This document shows positions 59,996 to 64,000 of a DNA stretch of 64,000 nucleotides, piece after piece. A program made the translations under genes and the position numbers. The DNA comes from an uncultured virus (IMG/VR IMGVR_UViG_3300019776_000649) (taxonomy: Duplodnaviria > Heunggongvirae > Uroviricota > Caudoviricetes), in the IMG/VR virus record IMGVR_UViG_3300019776_000649, one strand, 5' to 3'. The notes under the pieces are model-generated. The model was not told the DNA's origin and searched no databases. It worked only from the letters and a program-made list of their open reading frames with translations. The stretch's first letter is position 1. Each line of letters starts with the position of its first letter.

Positions 59996-60096
59996 CCGCC
60001 AATGCCTCCCGCTCTTCCCAGTGCAGCAGTCCGGGTACTGGGTAACTACAGGACACTTCATCGCGTAGCTTGGTAGCTACGCACAAGGAGCAACCT

Positions 60097-60813
60097 ATGC
60101 CAGCAATTGGAGGGGCTTCCGCCCCACGAACACAAGCCCCGGCGCAAAATCGTGAAACCGTAATTGAGCGTGTTTCCATCGCCCGCTATCACTACCCTGT
60201 CTACAATACCCAGGACCCTGCCAAGCAGTGGAACCCTACCAGCAACACTTTGTGCCTGGTTGATGCCGAGGTCTACTTCAAGGGTGAACGTGATCCCCTT
60301 ATCCTTCGTGATCTGTCCGTGACTCTAACCAAGGATAACCAGTTCGCTGTCTGGCCACCGGATAAGTGGGACCCTCGCGCCATTAACGAGAAGACGGGGC
60401 AACCGGGCGCTCGGGTTCGGGTTGTCGAGCTTCCCTACGGCGTCACACTTGCCATTCGTGGCGCAATGACCACGGGGGATGACGCTTTCGACGAGATGAC
60501 TCAGCAACAGCTCGCTCAGGCTTGGGTGGACGAGATGTCCGCAGAGGGCAAGGTAGCTGAGATCAATCACTACTACGGTCTCATTGGTGTCGAGTCCGAA
60601 CCGGAGCCCGAGCCCGTCGCTCCACCGCCCCCTCCGGTACGGCAAGCTCCTCAGGCGGCACGTCCTGCGGCAGTAGCGCCACAGGCATCACATCAGGCAA
60701 CTCGTCCAGCAACTCCCTCTCGCCCAGTAGCTCCGGGTCGGAATGCCGCTCCTAAACTGCCTCCTGCCGAGGGTGGCGAGTACGGTGAGCAACCTAATCC
60801 CTTCGAGGAGTAG
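60097..60813 (+). CDS. Possible ssDNA-binding/SpoVG-like protein
   Basis: Beta-rich core, Pro/Ala linker, acidic NPFEE tail; lies between primase and helicase genes. Confidence 0.45.
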   Translation: MPAIGGASAPRTQAPAQNRETVIERVSIARYHYPVYNTQDPAKQWNPTSNTLCLVDAEVYFKGERDPLILRDLSVTLTKDNQFAVWPPDKWDPRAINEKTGQPGARVRVVELPYGVTLAIRGAMTTGDDAFDEMTQQQLAQAWVDEMSAEGKVAEINHYYGLIGVESEPEPEPVAPPPPPVRQAPQAARPAAVAPQASHQATRPATPSRPVAPGRNAAPKLPPAEGGEYGEQPNPFEE

Positions 60814-60821
60814 ACAACCCT

Positions 60822-62417
60822 TTGGAAGCTGGCCCGGAAGATAGCAATGTCTTCCGGGCTCAATTCTTTTATGGAGAACTTATGAATAAGCCTATCATCG
60901 GGGGTCGAATACCCCTTGGACGCGAAGCAACCATGCTTCGTGAAGGGCTCCCCACAGGGGAGATTCCACGTCAAGACGATTTCGCCCCGAAGAGGGGTAC
61001 TTCTAAAATCGAATACGAAGAACCCGGAACGGGTGGCATTGACGAGTTCGATGTCTCAGCCTTTATCATGGAGGCTCCTCCATCTGCCCTAGATCGCATT
61101 ATCGAACAGCTTCTGGTTCGTCGCCGTGGCAACGTAATGGATGTTGTCGGTCTAGTCGAAACAGCCGCCTACCGCCTTGGCATGGATCGGTCTTCTGGTG
61201 CCTTCAACCGATTCACCGAGGGCCTTCGTGCCGCAAACACCCTGGATAGAGACATCGACCTTCCTATGATCTGGTTTGGCCTCTACGAGCAAGCCTTGCA
61301 CTTGTTCAATGGGCAGAGTGGTGCTGGTAAGTCCTCCGTCATGTACAACATCGCCATGCACCTGGCCATTGGCAAAGAGCTGTGGGGCATTCCTGTCAGC
61401 GCCCCTCAAAATATCGTTTACCTTGATCCCGAAAACCGCGTTGTTCGGCCACACAAGCTGTCCCGAATCGCGGAGAAGATGGGAATCGAGGTTCCAGACA
61501 ATCTTCACTTCCATGACGGCGAAGGGATTGACCTTTCCGATCCCCGCACCCTGAAAGAGCTTGGCGACCTGCTCATGGACAAAGGCGCTACAGGGCTAAT
61601 CATCGACCCGTGGGTGAACCTCTTTGGGACGCTCAACGAAAACGACAACGCGGAGGCCGCTCGCCAGGGCAAGGCTCTGCTCGACCTTATCAAGAGGACT
61701 GGTTGCTGGGTAGTAGCTGTCCACCACACAGGCAAGTCGTCTGAGGGCGGCGGTCGAGGCGCTTCTGCTAGAGAAGGAGTCTCCCGCGTCATCATGGACT
61801 TGGTTCTTCCGAGTATGGCCCGTGAAGAGGACGACGACTACAATCCTGAGCGTAAGCAACTGCGCGAAGACTTCGTTCGCCTGATGGTTCGCAAAGACGG
61901 TATCGGGGGGATGAAGTCCAGCGTGTATCTACAGATGCTCGGAGAGAAGGCGCAGGACTGTTTTCGCCGTGTCAGCTTCCGCGAATGGATGAATAACCTA
62001 CGGGAGGCCGCAGTCTCTAAGGGGATGTCCAAAGAGGAGCAGGCTGGCGTGATGATCCTAGAGTTCCTGTCGGATAAGTACCGGGTTGTCCCCCGCAAAG
62101 AGATCATCGACTACTTCAAATCGCTTGGGCCTAAAGCTCCCGGAGTCACAGCAGTCAATGATGCTCTTGTTACTCTTACCAGTGGAGAAACCCCGTCCTT
62201 GAAGGAACAGTACATTGGAGGCAAGGGAGGTGCAAAAGGCTATTATCTTGGAACCCTAGACCCAGCTACCTTTGTTAACGAAGTGACCGGAACCTCTGCT
62301 GCCGATGATGTAAATGAGATGGTAGAGCTTTCAGCAGGGAAAAAGCAAGTAGACGAGGAATACGTTTTACCGACAGACGGTGTGATTACTCCACCGCCAG
62401 GGGCTTTTGAAGAGTAA
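60822..62417 (+). CDS. RecA-family (AAA_25/RepA-like SF4) replicative helicase
   Basis: GQSGAGKS, YLDPEN, LIIDP, VHHTGK and RGASA motifs; true start may be downstream. Confidence 0.85.
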   Translation: MEAGPEDSNVFRAQFFYGELMNKPIIGGRIPLGREATMLREGLPTGEIPRQDDFAPKRGTSKIEYEEPGTGGIDEFDVSAFIMEAPPSALDRIIEQLLVRRRGNVMDVVGLVETAAYRLGMDRSSGAFNRFTEGLRAANTLDRDIDLPMIWFGLYEQALHLFNGQSGAGKSSVMYNIAMHLAIGKELWGIPVSAPQNIVYLDPENRVVRPHKLSRIAEKMGIEVPDNLHFHDGEGIDLSDPRTLKELGDLLMDKGATGLIIDPWVNLFGTLNENDNAEAARQGKALLDLIKRTGCWVVAVHHTGKSSEGGGRGASAREGVSRVIMDLVLPSMAREEDDDYNPERKQLREDFVRLMVRKDGIGGMKSSVYLQMLGEKAQDCFRRVSFREWMNNLREAAVSKGMSKEEQAGVMILEFLSDKYRVVPRKEIIDYFKSLGPKAPGVTAVNDALVTLTSGETPSLKEQYIGGKGGAKGYYLGTLDPATFVNEVTGTSAADDVNEMVELSAGKKQVDEEYVLPTDGVITPPPGAFEE

Positions 62418-62559
62418 AGGTAGCAGGGAGGGGCTACCTTCGCCCCTCCATTTCGTTTAGTTTTATTTCGACCTAAGGGTAGAGTTCGATTAAATGAAAC
62501 GGATAAAAGCCTGGTAAAGGGTTAGTCATGATGTAAAATCACTCACACTGGAGTTAAAT

Positions 62560-63042
62560 ATGCCGATCTTAAGTATTTTCGGATCATCCGACTGGCCACA
62601 AGAAGGAAAATATGGCGATAGATTCGTCGAAGAAACTCTTTCCAAGCAGGTAGGAAGTGGAACGACGGTTTTCATCAGCGATAAAAACTCTCACATAGAT
62701 AGACATATCTATGAATGGTGTATGAAAAATGGAGTCATGATTGCTGTATTTCAGACAAACGAAAAATGTTTTGGCAAGACAGCACGAGGACGAACAGATG
62801 ATTCCATCATAGCCAACTCATATCGCTTCCTAGCTTTTTGGGACGGAAAATCTGAAGACGTAAGACAGGCTATCGAAATTGCTTGCAAACGGCTAATACC
62901 CGGTTGTGTCTATTCAACATCGGGCAAAGAGTACCTGTTAGACCCCCAGCAGATAGGTACAAAGACCGAGGACTTCATCAGGTCAATACTGGAGGAATCG
63001 AGTGGAGACAACGGACACGAAAAAAGACGGTCTGTACTATGA
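62560..63042 (+). CDS. SLOG/YspA-like protein
   Basis: I.GS, ..AFWDGKS motif; AT-rich; follows a 53-bp element. Confidence 0.55.
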   Translation: MPILSIFGSSDWPQEGKYGDRFVEETLSKQVGSGTTVFISDKNSHIDRHIYEWCMKNGVMIAVFQTNEKCFGKTARGRTDDSIIANSYRFLAFWDGKSEDVRQAIEIACKRLIPGCVYSTSGKEYLLDPQQIGTKTEDFIRSILEESSGDNGHEKRRSVL

Positions 63043-64000
63043 AGACCCGATAAGAATGCGAACCGCCCCAAAGTTCGTAATGGCAGACAAAAAAGACCCG
63101 GCGACGGGTCTTTTTTGTGGCCCAGAGAGATACAGATTCTCTCAAAGTGGTGCGGTCAGACTGACGCTCGAAACCAAAAGGGAGAGACGCCCCCTCTCCC
63201 CCGATGAGCAGAAGGCAAAGAAGACCAAGCGCAAAACTGAGGACGTTATCATCGAGCGGTGGGTTGTCGAAGACATCGTAGACAGCAGGAGAGTCGTGCT
63301 CACGACCGATCTCTGGTCGCGAATGAAGACAGGAGGCGCACATCTCCCAGGCGTAGGGTGGATGTTCACAGGTAGCCCCAATCCAGTGTCAAGGAAAAGA
63401 GTCCAGACCTGTTCTCGCTGTGGATCAGAGTGCCAGCATCAGGCAGGAGACTCGGTAGGGTTCGGCTCCACCAGGGACTTTGATGCACTGTTGCCCTCTG
63501 AATGGGCAGTTTTGAGTGTCCCTGGCAAACTACCTCAAGGATTGGATGCCTACCGCGATGAAGCCTTCCAGGAGCCACTGGTGGCCGATATTCTGGATGT
63601 CTTCGGCGGTGAATTACAGGCTCCCTCCAAGACGTATATCCTTTGTAGCAACTGCATTCCTCCGCGATACACCTACTGCGGCTGGTGCCAGAGAATCCAC
63701 CGTGACTGGTCAACAAGTGAGGTTCTAAAGCCATACGACAGGACAATCAAGGCGTGGCGTAGCTTCAACCTTCCCTCATCAATGAAGGTTCGCGAGTACA
63801 GGCTACCAACCAAGGATCGCGATGGGAATGAGCAGTGGATTCGCAAGCCTGAGCATGTAGGCGAGAGAATCCAGACTCTTATCGAGTACATCGGTAGGGC
63901 CACTATCTGCGAGTCTCCTGAGAGACTTTACGCAAGCAATTTGACTGAATACCTACTGGAAATGGCCGAGATCGACAAGTGGCTTGAGGATCAAGGCATG
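63002..64000 (+). CDS. Cys-rich hypothetical protein, truncated by the window edge
   Basis: GTG after GGAGG; open to the window end; CxxC motifs (CSRC, CSNC, CGWC). Confidence 0.6.
   Translation, partial: METTDTKKDGLYYEDPIRMRTAPKFVMADKKDPATGLFCGPERYRFSQSGAVRLTLETKRERRPLSPDEQKAKKTKRKTEDVIIERWVVEDIVDSRRVVLTTDLWSRMKTGGAHLPGVGWMFTGSPNPVSRKRVQTCSRCGSECQHQAGDSVGFGSTRDFDALLPSEWAVLSVPGKLPQGLDAYRDEAFQEPLVADILDVFGGELQAPSKTYILCSNCIPPRYTYCGWCQRIHRDWSTSEVLKPYDRTIKAWRSFNLPSSMKVREYRLPTKDRDGNEQWIRKPEHVGERIQTLIEYIGRATICESPERLYASNLTEYLLEMAEIDKWLEDQGM

Larger units (their letters stand above)
13490..60082. repeat. Dispersed 20-bp palindrome family GCG(G/A/T)AG(C/G)T-N4-A(G/C)CT(C/T/A)CGC (~12 copies)
   Basis: 13490-13509, 20401-20416, 28623-28638, 30449-30468, 32701-32720, 33177-33192, 36844-36863, 42676-42693, 42717-42736, 58230-58249, 58286-58303, 60063-60082; degenerate copies at 40233-40251 and 12319-12338. 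Confidence 0.9.
10970..62501. repeat. Dispersed 53-bp inverted-repeat family (17 copies)
   Basis: Copies at 10970-11022, 11328-11380, 14614-14666, 21117-21169, 21173-21225, 28656-28708, 33192-33244, 38490-38543 (54 bp), 42033-42085, 43574-43626, 47091-47143, 47756-47808, 48107-48159, 49061-49113, 53244-53296, 56298-56350, 62449-62501. Confidence 0.95.
125..64000. mobile_element. Temperate siphovirus-like prophage with defence cargo; right end is outside the window
   Basis: tRNA-adjacent integrase, full head/tail/lysis operon and early/replication arm; the shared 53-bp element links the end of the cargo block (10970, 11328) to the phage core. Confidence 0.85.

Noticed and set aside
11430..62417. 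Long antisense or alternate-frame ORFs (e.g. 19456-20229, 22716-23552, 40648-41370, 53404-54408, 57420-58226)
   Set aside because: They are shadows of well-supported genes on the opposite strand, with no motifs or RBS.
10970..62501. 53-bp elements as CRISPR or TIGR-like arrays
   Set aside because: The arms are inverted, copies are dispersed rather than tandem, spacers share a weak consensus, and no cas or Nop-domain gene is recognisable.
10970..62501. 53-bp elements as MITEs or integron attC sites
   Set aside because: No target-site duplications or transposase seen; no RYYYAAC/GTTRRRY boxes; fixed length is unlike attC; the integrase lacks an evident IntI-specific insertion.

Overview
The window is the left ~64 kb of a large temperate siphovirus-like prophage inserted next to a tRNA-Arg(GCG). 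It has five parts. (i) tRNA and tyrosine integrase (51-1215). (ii) A ~10 kb + strand cargo/defence block: PD-(D/E)XK nuclease, PLD-SNF2 helicase, type IIG-like adenine MTase, HTH, a soluble+membrane gene pair and a UPF0489-like gene. (iii) A complete - strand late operon (11.4-44.0 kb): terminase, portal, S49 protease with nested scaffold, capsid, tail with a -1 frameshifted chaperone, tape measure, fibre, a phage sigma factor, amidase endolysin and a phosphoesterase. (iv) A ~1.5 kb divergent non-coding control region. (v) A + strand early/replication arm with many small ORFs, DUF932-like protein, primase-like protein and RecA-family helicase, running off the right edge. The most striking unexplained structure is non-coding. 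There are 17 copies of a fixed-length 53-bp inverted-repeat element (CATTTGATTTAATCGC-N21-GCGATTAAATCAAATG) at gene/module boundaries, about 12 copies of a second 20-bp palindrome showing compensatory covariation (GCGGAGCT-TGGT-AGCTCCGC), and three large multi-hairpin intergenic regions that look like structured ncRNAs. All family calls are from motif recognition and gene order; no searches were run.
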